NCBI RefSeq assembly: GCF_037042905.1
Contig: NC_087250.1
Location: 8,868,001-8,932,000 of the forward strand
Origin: Lytechinus pictus
Taxonomy: Eukaryota
Length of the DNA stretch: 64,000 bases
Direction: 5' to 3'
Below the pieces are notes generated by a model. It saw only the letters and a list, made by a program, of their open reading frames with translations, did no database searches and was not told the origin of the DNA. This document shows positions 1 to 15,023 of the stretch, piece by piece; the first letter of the stretch is position 1; the number at the start of each line of letters is the position of its first letter. The position numbers and the translations under genes were made by a program.

Positions 1-1516
1 CTTCGTCTTCTTCATCATCATCTTCTTCTTCTCCTTCTTCTTCTTCTCCTCCTTCTTCGACGCCTTCTTCTTTTTTTTTCTTCAAGTTCTTCTTCTTTTT
101 CCTCCTACTCCTCCTTCTCTCCCTTTTAAACAATATAATATAAGATCTCCTGATTTCAAGTTATCTTTATCATCAAGACATATTGCCCGGCAACATATAG
201 CAGAAACAAAAGGCTGGTCATCTTTGCCAATATTGACAAACGAGCGATACATAAAAACTGATAAGACGTATAGGACCAAATGGCGACACTATAATAGGAG
301 GGGGGTCGCGCCCTATACCAAAAAGGCACCCCCCCCCCCTTGGTTGGCAACTAACATGTTAACATAGCTCAGCGGCCAATCATGATCAAGGTTTTTATGT
401 ATAGGTGCCAATCAATGGAAAGTCATTGTGGTTTAGACTATAACCATGCCAACAACAAAAAGTGTCGTGTTGATTGACGTAAATTATAAAGGCTACACCA
501 TGTCATTTTACTCCAGGGTTAAAATTTCCGGTGCTAGATCAGCACTGTTACTCCAACACCGTGATTGTTAGTTTTACACCCTTTGGTGCTATGTTAATTC
601 TCTAGGGTGTATTTTGAACACCTTTTGAACACATGTGGGTGTGATACTCTGCCTGGAACACCAAATGGTGTCAATTTCAACACCCCTTCTTTTTCCTCTA
701 AAGACTGATCTTTTTTTCGTGAACAAATTTGTGTCAGACGCGATCATAAAAGCCTCAGCCAAGTTATCAGATTGTGGTTAGATCGAGCTCCTGATAAATT
801 TGGGATTTTGTTTGTTTTTCCTCCTTTTGTTACGTTTGTCTTTCCGGTTTTGCTCGTCACATAGGTAAATTGCCAATTCGTCTATTGCAACTCGTCCACT
901 CATCACATGTTCTAACTTCATCTATTAACATTTCGTCTAACAACCACTTGGTTCAATAACCATTTGGTCCAGCCACCACTTTGTCTAATAACCAGTTCGT
1001 CTATAACCATATCGTCTCATAACCAGTTGGTCTAATATCAATTTCATTTTCATCCATTTCGCCCAGGTATAACTGTAGTGAGACGAAATGGTGAGTGGAC
1101 GATTTGGATTTTAGTGGACGAACTGCATGCCGTAGACCAAATTATAGTAGAAAATAAACCGTTATGCAGGCTCCTAAAATGAAGACCTCTGATTTCGCAT
1201 AACAAAGTACATCATTACATTCAGATTTGGATTTTATATATTTTGTCATATCTTTCCCAAGACTTGTCTGACATTGAGCAATGAAATATTCTTGTTCTAT
1301 TCTAACAAAAATTAATTAAAACACGTTAAATGAAAACATCAATATATCACTGGCGTAATGAGCTCAATTTTTAGGAGGCCAGACATGGCGTATATATGGG
1401 GTAAAATTTATAAAGAGCTACGACACAAAAGTCTCATTCTCTAGCTGCTAGATTTAAATTAAGAAAACTGATGTCATATCCGTTTCCAACTCCTCTCTTT
1501 TTTTTCTCGGTCGTGA

Positions 1517-1547
<31 letters not shown>

Positions 1548-2871
1548 AGTGCCACCAATTGAATATTAAACAAAGACCTGCGAAACTTATACAATTATTA
1601 TTCATTTGATCAAAATAAATCATACTTCAAATAAAAAAATAAGACAAAGACGATTCATGGACAACCCATTATTCGGCAACAACAAACGTATTAGGCCTTG
1701 GCCAAATTATCAGGATGCTTTCTACATGTTCTATTACTTTTCTTTATTTTAACTTGTTTAGGATCGTAATGAAGGCAAAAACACTTGAATAAGAAAGAGA
1801 TGGAAAATAATGACTTGCCATTCTCGGCGGAAACTAGCGCGTCTATCAGACAAACTTCGATAAACCATCGGTTGTCATGGTAATATCATCTCGTGATTAC
1901 ATAATCAGTAATATAATGGAAATTGATGGGAGAAAAGGGCAATGGCAATTTATTTTGAATGGAGTTTCTGATAACGGAAAACATAGTCCCTTCACAGTAA
2001 TACATATCGCAAGTTGGAGAAATTAAGAGAGAGAGGAGAAGAATATATGCATGGGAACGAAGGAAGGAGAAAGGGAATGAGGGGAAAGGGAAAAATAAAG
2101 GAAGAATGGAAGGGGGTGAAGAAAGAAACAAAGAGAGAAACAAAGAAAAAATGGCAGAAAGGGAAAAGGAGAGAAAGGGGGCCGGAGAGAGAGAAATAAG
2201 AATTACAGCAAGAAAGAAAAAAAGAAAGAAAGAAATTACAAAAAACACCGAAAAAAACAAAAAACAGGAATTTTGAAAATACAAAAGAAAAGAAACAAAG
2301 AAAGGTTTAAAGTGAAAGAGAGAGAGAGAGAGGGGGAAGCACCGCACAGGACGGTAGTTTTTAATAATAAAAAATAACCACATAATAATAATAATGTCTA
2401 ATAGGAAGTTTATGACACATAACTCAAATCATGTGAACAAGTTCGTCACTCCCTCCTATACTTCAACGTTGAAAAGGAAAAGAAAAAAAAAGAAATAACA
2501 GTTAAATATGAATAATTCGACTTGACCATCTGGCAGGCTCTCGACGGCACTCAAACCATGATAATATGAGATCTTCTTTCTAAAATAATATAGAAATTAA
2601 AGTCATCGGTACGTCACGTAATTTATTTTGCTGGTATATGAGTAATTAAAGTTGAACATAAGTACATTATAATGTAATCAATATGATGATAATTATGATG
2701 CAATGAAACATATATGTACAGTCGGTCTTTGTTGTGAATCGCCTATTGTGTATTGAAAAACATTTATGACCATGCAGTTCTTGAATTAGGTAACACAATA
2801 CTCATACGTGGTACAGGCCTTGGTCATGTTTGTGGGACGACTTATCATGACCTCGGAATTTTTGTTGTAGT

Positions 2872-3630
2872 TGGCGACGATGATGATGACGGCAATGATG
2901 AAATTGGTGGTGGTGGTGGTGGAGGTGGTGATGATGATGATGATGATGGTGGTGATGATGATGATGGTGGTGATGATGATGATGATAACGGTGATGGTGG
3001 TGATGATGATGATACTGATGATGATGATGATGACAATGACGATGGTGATAATGATGGTAATGGTGGTGGTGATGATGGTGATGATGATGATGATGATAAT
3101 GATGGTAATGGTGGTGGCGATGATACTGATGATGATGATGATGATGATGATGATAACAATGACGATGGTGATAATGATGGTAATGGTGGTGGTGATGATG
3201 GTGATGATGATGATGATAATGATGGTAATGGTGGTGGCGATGATACTGATGATGATGATGATGATAACAATGACGATGATGATAATGATGGTAATGGTGG
3301 TGGCGATGATACTGATGATGATGATGATGATGATAACAATGACGGATGGTGATAATGATGGTAATGGTGGTGGTGATGATGGTGATGATGATGATGATGA
3401 TAATGATGGTAATGGTGGTGGCGATGATACTGATGATGATGATGATGATAACAATGACGATGGTGATGATGATGGTAATGGTGGTGGCGATGATACTGAT
3501 GATGATGATGATGATAACAATGACGATGGTGATGATGATGGTAATGGTGGTGGCGATGATACTGATGATGATGATGATGATAACAATGACGATGGTGATG
3601 ATGATGGTAATGGTGGTGGCGATGATGATG
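2872..3630. repeat. Compound (GAT/GGT/AAT)n microsatellite with ~60-bp higher-order unit
   Basis: Direct inspection; unit GATGGTAATGGTGGTGGCGATGATACT(GAT)nAACAATGAC. Confidence 0.95.
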
Positions 3631-3750
3631 CTGGGTTGTTTGTGCTGAATTCACGGTCACCATCGTCATCACCGATAGATGACGAGGAGGAGTATATATG
3701 ATTCGGATGATATTATTACAATCATTCAATGTGCCTACATGTACTCTATA

Positions 3751-4094
3751 CAGTGCGTCCAAAAAAAAACGAAACCGAGATTTAGCGATGATTTATCATA
3801 ACTTAATCACAAATTTTTGGTATTGAGGTATCAAATTAAAGAGCAGATATTAAACTTTTAAGACATGTGATTTTCTTTTTGAAATTCATATACCCCCCGC
3901 CAAATGAGTTTTTGGTATCCTTCTTTCAAATTGTTTTTGCTCACTCATGCGTGAATGAGGAATAATCTAAGTAACATCAGATGAAAGAGGAGATTCTAAG
4001 CTTTACATTGGTAGGTCATTTGTCAATTTTATTTTTGATTAAGTTATGATAAATCATCGCTAAATCTCGGTTTCGTTTTTTCTGGGACGCACTG
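3751..4094. mobile_element. Tc1/mariner-type MITE
   Basis: TA TSD; ~55-bp TIR beginning CAGTGCGTCC. Confidence 0.85.
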
Positions 4095-5010
4095 TATAGC
4101 TTCGTAGATGTGTCTGTACTAAAGCTCAGAGTGGTGCTGCCACCCTCTTTTCGAATCATTTACCACTCCATAAAATGCATTTTGCGAGCAAAACGATTGA
4201 GTGGGAAAAAAAAAAAATTATTGAAAAAAAAAATCAATTAGAACTTGATTCGTCTCATTGTGTGAAGAAATACCCAACAACCATGATATCAGTCAAAAAG
4301 ATAAAAGAGCCAGTCACAAAATGATTATAATTCCCCTAACATAATATTGATTTAAAAAAGAAAGAAAAAACTCCTCTAAGAACGCCAGTAAGAAGCATAA
4401 GTGAAAACGAGTGGTAAACTGATAATAAAACAAATGATAATTGGACAGAGTAGCGAAGAAAAAGTATAATTATACATAAATAATTTCGACCATTTAGCTA
4501 TTGGCTCAAATGGGTATGAGACCAACTATTTTTGGTTAACTGAATTCAGCGGTCGCTAAACAAAACAAGATGAAATGGGTTTAGAGGCGATGTCAGAAAA
4601 TGTGGGACTTATACTTTATAATTTATATAGTGGTGGATATGTAACAAATTATAGATCGTATATCACGACATAATGGAAAAAAAAAAGAACTTAAATATAG
4701 TGAAAATAAAAAGTGTGATAATTTATTATCACCCATAATGTTGTTTGTATAACGTTTCTAGCATCCCATGACGAGCAATAAAGATTTTACAACACGATAC
4801 GTTTGCTGATATAATGATAATGTCAATATGCTTTTGGTACTACAACACATTGTCTAGAAAATAAACACTATTAAATATCACGGCTGAATGCAAATAATAA
4901 CACAGTGAATCGATAAGTAATGTACTTATGAACCTCCGTTAATGACATGTATGTTCTGGCGCTACCCGGATAAACAGGTGACAATGGACTTTCACCAGGA
5001 TCTGTTTCTA

Positions 5011-5215
5011 CACAGTAAAAAAATTATACAACGCTGTTTACTATATGAACCTTACAATAATTGTTTAAACAAGTGTTTAAATCTTAAGCAACAAAGTTTA
5101 ATTTTCAATATCTCTTCAATAAATTAAACATGATTGTTTAAACGGTTAAACAAATATTGTAAGGTACATATAGTAAACAGCGTTGTATAAAATCTTAAAC
5201 AGCGTTTTTACTGTG
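5011..5215. mobile_element. EnSpm/CMC-type palindromic MITE
   Basis: CACAGTAAAAA...TTTTTACTGTG with 2-bp TSD TA. Confidence 0.75.
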
Positions 5216-8175
5216 TATATTAGCGGGTGTATTTGGGTGGGGGGGGGGGTCAGACGCTGGTACCCCTTCTCGATCAGACCAAATTTCAGAATGTTGATTA
5301 CTTTTTTAGATGATGATTGATGATGAACAACATTTTAAAATAATTATATTATAGGAAATCAATATGAAATCACAAAATTTACAAACAATTTGTCTATAAA
5401 TTGGCACCAAAAAAAAAAATTACTTAAAAAAAAGACTAGACAAGCAGCAGATTTACATACAAAATCAATGAATAGAAGACCTTAAATATGAGAAAGAATA
5501 AATACATAACAATGATTGCATAGTACATTTATATGATGATGAATAGCATTTTTATGATGCTATTTATCTGTGTTACTGTTACTAGTTGATGCCTATTTTT
5601 TTACTGCTGCACCATCTTCGATCTGATCATTGTTTACCTGTCAGGCATACGCATGCAGGCCTATAAATATGGTGTGCTATCTCTAAGCAAACAGATCACC
5701 CAAAAGATAAATATCAAGATTTGCTGCTTAGAATTTTGATAGTCCTATCTTCTGATAGCCTCCGATCAGTTCATCATGATCATTTCCGCTTCATTCATCC
5801 AGGGAGCTGCTATTTAATCAAGTATTTTGTTCATGATCTCCCCCAAATTCGTACTTGATTACAATTATTTATATAAATGATTTATTATTCCCACTGGTAT
5901 ACAAATAAAGGGGGGGGGGGCTTGGGGCCCAAGGGACCTACCAATTTTTTTTTGAAATATCACACTTCTTTCTATATATTACGTCAAAACCTATCACAAA
6001 TTAAATTTCTGTAATACAAAAATGTCAATTTTGTTGCTCGTTCGCTTCGCTCCCCCACCTTTTACGATATAGATTTTGCCCCGATACGCCATACCTGCGA
6101 CCCCCTCAAAACTTTGGCTCAATAGCCTACGCTGTATTGAGAATATCTACAATTTATTGTTATTACGATAAAAAGTCATATTTATATTTTGAGCAAGTTT
6201 TCTGTATTATTTGTTATTATCGTTTGTGATTTTTTTTTATTCAACAAACATGCGGAGACTCTTACGCAGGCCTCAATCGAAAAATTCAGGCGGATTATAA
6301 AATGACCGTAAATATTGCATTTCGCCTTTTCCTTGTTTTTCTAAAAAGATATTTGATTACCCTAAAACAGCGTGAAACGGGAAGTAGTATCGTTTGCGTA
6401 GGTCAAATGTCATGACCATTATCATTTTAGTTTCCTTGAAGGGGAAGTTCACCCTGAAGAAAAGTTTGGTTTATCTATTGATACACTAAAGGCACAGTAA
6501 CAATTATTTTCAATTTGGGAGAAAATATCATTTCATTGATTTTACCATACCATTTGTAGGAAAGCCGCGCCCCTATGATGTCACAAATCAAATAATTTAA
6601 ATTCTAATAACTTTTTTTATTCTTATAGATTTTTCTCAAACCTTCGGCAATATTTTTTTTGTTTTTGCGAACTTACCCCTTTAATGACTTTCATCTTCAT
6701 TCTTCATCCGCAGCGGAATTAATGAGACAACATTTTTGAGGCAGAGCAACTTAAATGCGAGAAAGCAAAAGGAGCTAGCAAAAATTTACCTTTCAATACA
6801 AAATTTTATTTTTTTGGATAGATTTTGACATAATATTCAGGAAAAAAATAAGACCCGGCATATTATACTGCTTCTCCTTTAATTCCCTTTCTCTTCCACC
6901 ACCAGTGGCGTATGAGCCACAAAATAAGAAAATTAGGGAGTAAACATGATGTATGGGGCAAATTAGTTTAAAAAATTCGCGAATTAGCAAAGCGAGGGAG
7001 AATATATTAGGCTTACATTTTTCTTAGGAAAATCTGATTTTGTGATTGATTTTGACATTTTTTCTTTTCCCTGTTTCCTTTTTTGTTCTTCGTCGTGGAA
7101 CTTTGTTTATGTTCTTTATATTTTCTCTCAGGGAGGGGGGGGGGGGGGGACATGGCCCCCAACTATACGCACTTGTACTTACATCTAGGGCCCGTTGCAT
7201 CAAACTTTTTACCTTAGAAAACTCAGGTTTCCTAAACCAATGAGGAAATTGAAGGGCAGAAAGTTCATGGATTGGTGGTGAAAGATAAGCCGGCATGATC
7301 ATCAACCTGCTCAAACCGATCAATTCTAACCCCTAATCCGAAAACCGGAACCGATCCCATAAAGGGAACATTAATTAATGACAAAAGGAAGTTGTTGCGC
7401 GAAAGGAGAGACCATGGACTGGAGCTATGTGTTAATAGCTTCATGGAGAGACAAACACGATAAAGGGAAAAATATACTGACAAGTGAACTTCACAAGATT
7501 ACATAAGCATTGACGCATCCATATAGACGGAGACGCATGCGCGTCACCCCCTCTTTTCTGTATTTTCAAAAGAAAGCGACCCTTTGGAATAAATTTCTTT
7601 AATTGTAAATGAGGGAAAATGTGTCATATTTTATATCGAAAAATAAAGAGTTACTTCCCCTTTGAAACGTCCATATGACAGGAATCTGAAAAATAGGGAA
7701 GATGTACGATGTAATTTCAATTTCTTTAGCATCGTGTAGGCCTATGTGGCATAAAAACATATCCAAAATCAATAGACGTTTTTAAAGAAAATATTGGAGT
7801 CCCCCACCTCCTTCTTTTGTCACGGGACAGCATAATTGTGAGAGGGAATTTTAATTTAGCAAATAGAAAATATTGCAGTTTAATTGTTGCTTCATAATGC
7901 CTCACAATAATTATGACCATCACTCAATTTACAAGTCTTTTTTGTTATCTTGGTATTGTTGAGTAGCCTACTTCATTGCACTGTGTTTTGTTTGTTAAGC
8001 TGTTTGAAAAAGGACCGCCTTTAACAAAATATTTTGTTTGAGCATCACTCCAAAGTTCCCTGCCTGCACACAAGACGCCAATCATAATTTGAGGAATATT
8101 TATTTAGTGGGTTTACTACCTTTTGACCCTGTATTCCGCTTAGTCTCCAAATTACAGCAACGAATATCTAATGCA

Positions 8176-8804
8176 TTAAAGCACAAGTCCACCCCAACAA
8201 AGAGATGATTTGAATAAAAAGATAAAAAATCCAACGAGCATAACGCAGAAAATTTCATCAAAATCGGATGTAAAATAAGAAAGTTATGGCATTTTCAAGT
8301 TTCACTTAAATTCACAAAATAGTTATGTAAACATCCTGGTCAGTATGTAAATGAGGGAACTGATGACATCACTCACTCTCTTTTTCTTTTGTATTTTTAT
8401 TATATGAAATATGAATTATTCTAATGTTCTCCTCATTGTCCTGTGAAACAAAGTTTTATATCTCCCTGAACATGTGGAATTACCATTGTTTAACATTATA
8501 TCATGTGTATGTATGGTTCAGTCGAGTTGGTCCTTATTGTCAAATCTGCACAAGTTGAAAAATTGTATAATTCAAACAATAAAAAACAAAAGAAATAGTG
8601 AGTTATATGAGGGGCATCATTGATTCTCTCATTTCCATGTGACTAAATTGTGCATATAACTATTTTGTGAAAATAGTAAAAACTTTAAAATGTGATAACT
8701 TTCTTATTTTACATCCGATTTTGATGAAATTTTCAGCATTATGCTTGTCTGATTTTTCTCTGTTGATTCAAACAACATTTTTCTGAGGTGGACTTGACCT
8801 TTAA
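8176..8804. mobile_element. Kolobok/T2-type MITE, family A copy 1
   Basis: TTAA-AGCACAAGTCCACC...GGTGGACTTGACCT-TTAA with long imperfect inverted arms. Confidence 0.85.
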
Positions 8805-10709
8805 ATCAATTTTCTATCCAATCTTGTTAATCGGCGGACAACATTTGAATGAATATAATTTCGCATGATAAAATATAAAAGAATAAGACTTGGTGACATG
8901 ACCCCAACAATTTGCTCAATGAATATTATTCATGAAGACATGCATAGAACTGTTTCACCGAAATAATGCAAATCTTTAAACTGTCATACCTTCGTTATTT
9001 CTTATCCGATTTGTTTGTTTTTGCTTGCTTTTATTGCTATGTTCAAAATAATTTCAGATGTGGCATAATTATATGCAATATACGAAATAATCCATAACAT
9101 AGACAATATGATGAATATAACGATGTGAGCATAAACATAATTTTTTAATGATAATAATTATTATAATACTCAATGAACACTGGAGATCGCCATCGTGAGC
9201 GGTTAAGATTGAAATTGATGGCGGTCTCATAAAAAAAATCAAAAAAAAAATCAGTGTTTTGTATTTCCGATTTGTATTCACCTTTTCAAATCAAATCATT
9301 TTCAGCCGGGATTACCTTTAATCTGATTAACAAAACCATTTAATTTCCTGACATTGCTCTCACATCATTCTATATAGTAATCTATTTGTAGTTTGGAGTT
9401 AATTATCATATTTTAGGGTAGTTAACTTTGATGGCTTCGCATCACAAGGGTTTGTTTTTTGTTAATCCCGTGAAGTGCACGCCAACGGCCTATAACATTG
9501 CATGCCAATCAACACTTCAACGCACTGTTCAAAAATCAATTTAGAATCCTGTATATGAGTTGGTACAAAAGCAGCACCCCATTGTGCGCCATTATGACAA
9601 TGTTTGCACCTCTAATGGTGTACATTTATAAGCTAATTAAGCAGCCTACAGGGTGCAGAGTTGAACCATTCAATAAAGGTTCAAATATGAATATTGTACA
9701 CTTTAAAAGGTAAAAAGTTGCATATTTTAGGGTGCAAACGAGCACTTCTGAGAGCAAAAAAAATTCATAAAATGGTGTATTTTTGCACCTTTTTTTCACT
9801 TAGAGGTGTAAGATTACACCCAAGACGGTTGGTTTTATACAAGTGTTTCATTTAGGGTTCATTTTTGTATGTGTGTGTCTGGAGAGCTTTTTCAGTGACC
9901 AATCAAAACCGTTGTTTAATATTGTTAAATCGGTGGCAAAATATAATTATGCCAGCCAAGTTCTAATTTAGGAATAATAACAATCAATATATTAAATGAA
10001 TTTATTTAATACTTACATTAAAAACATACATATATAAAGACATAATCACATAGAAAATATATAATGCAAATAATAATGACATTAAAAGTAAGCAAACGAT
10101 GAAAAAATAAGAACAAGAGTATTTACTTTACTCTGACAGAAATGAAAGTGCAGGATTAAGACTGAGCCTGATTAAAAGCCAAGCTCCAAACATATTTACA
10201 ATTATAACCAGGAAACCATATATAGTTTTTTTTCTTCAAAGTGATAGCGAAAATATATATGGTTGTATCATGTGGTATAATAAATATAAAAAATGAAACC
10301 ATATAATACCACGAATACTGAATCGAAAATGAATGGATACGCCCTTAAAATAATTCAAAATCTTACTCAAAATGTCAAATATTCATAAATTAAATGAGTT
10401 AGGTACTTTCGTTAAAAATGAAACTCTGTAATACCACGACTTCCGAATCGAAAATAATTGGATATTGATAGCCCTTAGAATATAATATCTTGATCAAAAT
10501 GTCATATATTCATAAAAAGGAATAAGTACTTTCATTTTACCATGAGCACAACTACTCCTCATGACTTCTTGACATAAATATAAATGACTCATAAAATGCA
10601 GGGAAAGTAATGTATAGGCCTATATAAATGTAGGATTAAATTAGTTTGGTATTACCATAGAAGTATAAACCTCCATGTTATTTCCCTGTTCCATATGCAT
10701 TAAAGGTCA

Positions 10710-11297
10710 TTAAAGGGGGGGGGGGGTGTTCACCCTGACGAAAGTTAATTGTAAAAATATCAAATAAAATAATGAAAAAATATATATATTGGTGAAAATT
10801 TGAGGAAAATCCATCAACGATTAAGAAAGTTATTACAATGCATCTTTTATTCAGTTGTGACGTGATATACGAGCAGCTGCCTCATCATGTTAGAAATATA
10901 AGAAATATAAATAGGGCAAAATTTTATGAAAAGATTGTGAGGACTAAAAAAATCTTTCAGGAGTGGATGTGAAATAATTTGGCTGTTACACTGAACGTAT
11001 AATAAAAAATCATATTTTTTTGAAAAGTTACATTTTAATGATTTTCTTTTCACTTTATATGTTGGGAAGCTACTCGCATAAGTTATGACGTCATAAATAA
11101 CAAATAAAATGCCAATAACTTTAAAAAAATCTTGAATTAATTTGTCTCAAACCTTCACTAATATATTTTTACGTCACAAATAAAAAAAAAAATTCGAATA
11201 ACTTTTTGAAATGGATTTTTCTCAAACCTCACCGATATTTTTAACTATTTTTTTCTGCTTTTTATACAACGAATTTTTTTCAGGGTGAACTTCCTCT
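10710..11297. mobile_element. Kolobok/T2-type MITE, family D (shorter relative at ~6436-6684)
   Basis: TTAAAGGG...GTTCACCCTGA / TCAGGGTGAACTTCC termini, shared with 6436-6684. Confidence 0.65.
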
Positions 11298-12399
11298 CAC
11301 AGCATGCTCAGTAATTACCAGGAAATAATATCGAATGCAAACGTCATGAGAGTGGGGGGAGGGATATCAATATCAGTCTGATGGCTGTATATATAAAGGC
11401 CTAATACTGATAAATGATACTATCAATAGTAAGCACAATAAATACTATTACAATAAAGTGAATCAAAATATAGGCACAAAAATAAGGATTATTTCTGCAA
11501 TCCATATATGGTAGAGTGCATGAAAAGTGTGCGATTATCTTGAAGCTATTATCATTGAAAATAACAGGTCAATGATTATGACGAATTGTTCTTAGTTAAT
11601 GACATGCAACGAAACGCTCAGCTTATTAATTATCCTACTTTATTGCATATCATAAAAACTTATAAACATATAATGTCAAAAAGGTTATAAATGGAGTGGA
11701 TTCTGAATTTTAAAGATAAAAAAGGACGTGTTATAGACCGACTTAGATATATACAAAAACATTTTAAACAAAGGAACAAGAAAACACTATAATGATTAAA
11801 GAGTCAATTACTAGTTTAAAATGCCTGTTGATGATTGGTCAGTGGAAAGTTTATTAATATTTTTCCTTCTCCTTTTCCCCGCCCCCCCTTCTAGATCGAT
11901 ATACTCCTTCCCTTTCCCATCTCCTCCTCCTTTCTTCTTCTTCTTCTTCATGTTCTCCTTGTTCCCCTTCCCCTTCTTCTTCTTTTCATTTTTATTTATA
12001 TTATCCCCCCCCCCTCATCATGTTCATATAGCTAACAACGTGAGGAGTCGAAAGCCCATATTGTATCGCCGCGAATTAAGTCAAGTTTTAGGATAAGGCA
12101 TCCGATAGCTTTTAAGAAAGATATACACTCTCACAAAACAAATCAGTAAAAAATGACAAGTTAATTGGGTCAGCTGGGTGCAACTATTATTCTAGTCATA
12201 TCTAGTCTTATTTTACTAGAACAGACCAATTTCTGACTAGAATATATGTCAGAAATGTGACTAGACATATCAGTTGCACCCAGCTGACTACTTGTAAAGT
12301 TTGGGGCCACCCTCAGATTTTAAAAGAAAATCATACAAAACACTGCATTCATTCATTCATCATTCATCCACATTGATATGCTTGGATTTCAGTATTCCA

Positions 12400-13160
12400 G
12401 TATGAAGACTATGCTAACGCATTGGAAACGTGCAATATTTCTTCGTTAGAGGCACTGAGACGAAAACAGTTATGTATTGACTTTGCCAGTTCTCTTGCCA
12501 AGCATCCACAATTTATAAATAGATTACCTCTCAGGCAGCAATGCAATTATGTTTTAAGATCACAATTGAAATATCAACAATATAAATGCAAAACTAAACG
12601 TTTCCAATGTAGCTCTCTTCCATACTTAATTTGTTAATCTTTTACATAACATGTAATCAATCTAATTTTGTTTTTGTATGTTGACGATTCCACAGTTTAA
12701 TTACATCGTTTGCTATCAACATTTTACTATTCTACTATGTAAATATATTGAACGTTTTTATTGTTTTTAAATCTCACTGCAATTTTCCTGGTACCATCTT
12801 TAAGTGATATGATATGGTGTACATGTCAAGATGTGATGAACGTGATCTGTTCTTTTCTCCTCCCTTTCTCTCCTCTCCTTTCTATTCTCTCCATTTATTC
12901 CCTTACACCTTCACAACTTCCATTTACATTTGTCTAGTTTCCTTCTTTCTTTTCGCTCACCTACCACTGCATTCTTCTTTTTCTCCACTTTTTTCTAAGA
13001 TCACATAGTTTACATAATAGGTTTGTGTATCATTTAAGAAAATGTTACGATACTTTGTATGAGAACTTTATATGTAACTTGCATGTTTGTAAAATTGATC
13101 ACAATTCGGCCTTTGGCTGCGATGATCTTTTAATAAACCATTTTATCTATCCATCTATCT
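12400..13160 (+). mobile_element. 3' fragment of a CR1/L2-group LINE related to 34060-36790
   Basis: SLEALRRKQLC..FA...YKCKTKRFQCSSLPY aligns by eye with TLDSRRK..FA...FKCKTNRFRNSPIPY; same 3' stem-loop, AATAAA and (ATCT)n tail. Confidence 0.75.
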
Positions 13161-13161
13161 A

Positions 13162-14403
13162 CCCAGGACCAAAATCCAATTGAAACCAGATGGATTTCCA
13201 ACTGGTTTCAATTGGTTTCAATTGGTTTCAACTGGTTACAATTGGTTTTAACTGGAATATAACAATTTCCAGTTGAAACCAATTGAAACCAGTTGGACAA
13301 CTGGAAATCCTATCTGGAACCAGTTGGGTAACTGGAAATGACTTCCAACTGGAAATGATTTCTAACTGGAACCAGTTGGGTAACTGGACATCCTAACTGG
13401 AACCAGTTGGGTAACTGGAAATCCTAACTGGAACCAATTGGGTAACTGCATGACTTCTAACTGGAAAGGTGATTAATTGGAAATTAATTCAATTGGAACC
13501 CGTTGGGTAACTGGAAATCATAACTGGATCCAGTTGGGTAACTGGAAATGAATTCCAAATGGTTTCCAATTCGAAACCAATTGGAAATTTTCCAGTTACC
13601 CAACTGGTTCCAATTGAAACCAGTTAATTTGCATATTATCTGCCAGTGTGCACAGATTAATGTTTTATGTGATTCATCATCATTTAAAATGTATCTATTT
13701 AATTCTTTTCTATTTCAAGTACCATACTTGTTTCAGATAAGTGTTTAGAATGCTTAGCAGTGAAAACCACGTTCATAAATGTTATAGATTATAATTAAAA
13801 CAGATTATAAGATAATTAGTACACCACTAACTGTTACCAAGTTACATCAAATACAAATACATATATATGAAGATATTTCATGTAAATATATATACATTAT
13901 GAAAGTCTATTTTATCAATGCCCTTTACATTGCTATTAATATACATATAGCACTGCTTCTTTGTTGGCTAAGCAATAGTTAATGCAAATTCTAATTAATT
14001 TGTAACTAATTAAGTCATTCCAACTGGAAGTTCCAATTGGATCCAGTTGGAAACCAATTAGTTTCAACTGGTTCCAGTTGAAACCAGTTGCCTCCAATTG
14101 GTTTCAACTGGAACCAATTGAAACCAGTTGCCTCCAATTGGATTCAACTGGTTTTAATAGTGAAATTGGAACAACTGTAACCAATTGAAACCAGTGGCAA
14201 ACTGGTTGCTTAATTGGTTTCAACTGGAACCAATTGAAACCAATTGCCAACTGGTTCCAGTTGCCCAATTGGTTTTAACTGGAACCAGTTGGCAACTGGT
14301 TTCAATTGGTTCCAGTTGTTCCAATTTCCCTATTGAAACCAGTTGGCCAACTGGTTTCAATTGGTTTTGCTCTAATTGGTTTCAACTGGATTTTGGTCCT
14401 GGG
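13162..14403. mobile_element. EnSpm/CMC-type non-autonomous element with AACTGG/CCAGTT subterminal arrays
   Basis: TIR CCCAGGACCAAAATCCA / TGGATTTTGGTCCTGGG; TA TSD; dozens of AACTGG-type motifs in both orientations. Confidence 0.8.
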
Positions 14404-15023
14404 TATCTATCTATTGATAATGAATGGGCTATATAGCAGTTCCATCACATCCGACACAAGCATGTTTCCAACCAGTTTTGATTGCACTTTTTTCAAACCT
14501 CAGTCGGTTTTCTATTCAAACTATATAGATACCTTTAAACTTTAAGGTACAATTTGAATATATTTACAGCAAATGTTGTTTTGACAACCTGAAAGTGGCC
14601 CCAAACTTTTGGCCTGTACTGTATATATATATTTTTTATTTTCATTTCCTAGTAATTTTCAGATCAAACTTCCCTGTGCTATCTGTTAATGTAATATCTC
14701 CATTTACCGTCAACAATCCTTATTTGGCTCTCTATCCCGTCTATATAGCAGACACGAATGACTAGCTTTCAATGCCGCAATGTGTAGGCCATTCTTACAA
14801 TATAATGCAACTTGCCACCCGCAAAAGTTCATCGGCTTCATAAAAATATGACATTTCCCCGTGAGAAAATGTGTTTAAAATCGGCAGACCCGGAACATGT
14901 TTCATTTAAAGATCCAATGCGATTAATTGAGCTTGACGGAAATAGTATATTGAGGGGCGACGTTCGCTAGGGGTTAGGGGCGATGCTCGCTCGGGGTTAT
15001 ATAGGGCGACCGATAGTTCCCTG

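Noticed and set aside
1886..2383. Hydrophobic F/S/L-rich ORF resembling a membrane protein (also 58035-58335, 45727-45968)
   Set aside because: Translation of purine/pyrimidine low-complexity tracts.
2753..3762. Overlapping poly-D, poly-M, poly-S/I and poly-H ORFs
   Set aside because: Open in most frames because of the trinucleotide repeat; frameshift in the D-rich frame.
13162..14403. CRISPR-like or iteron array
   Set aside because: Eukaryotic context, no unique spacers, and bounded by TIRs and a TA TSD; these are transposon subterminal repeats.
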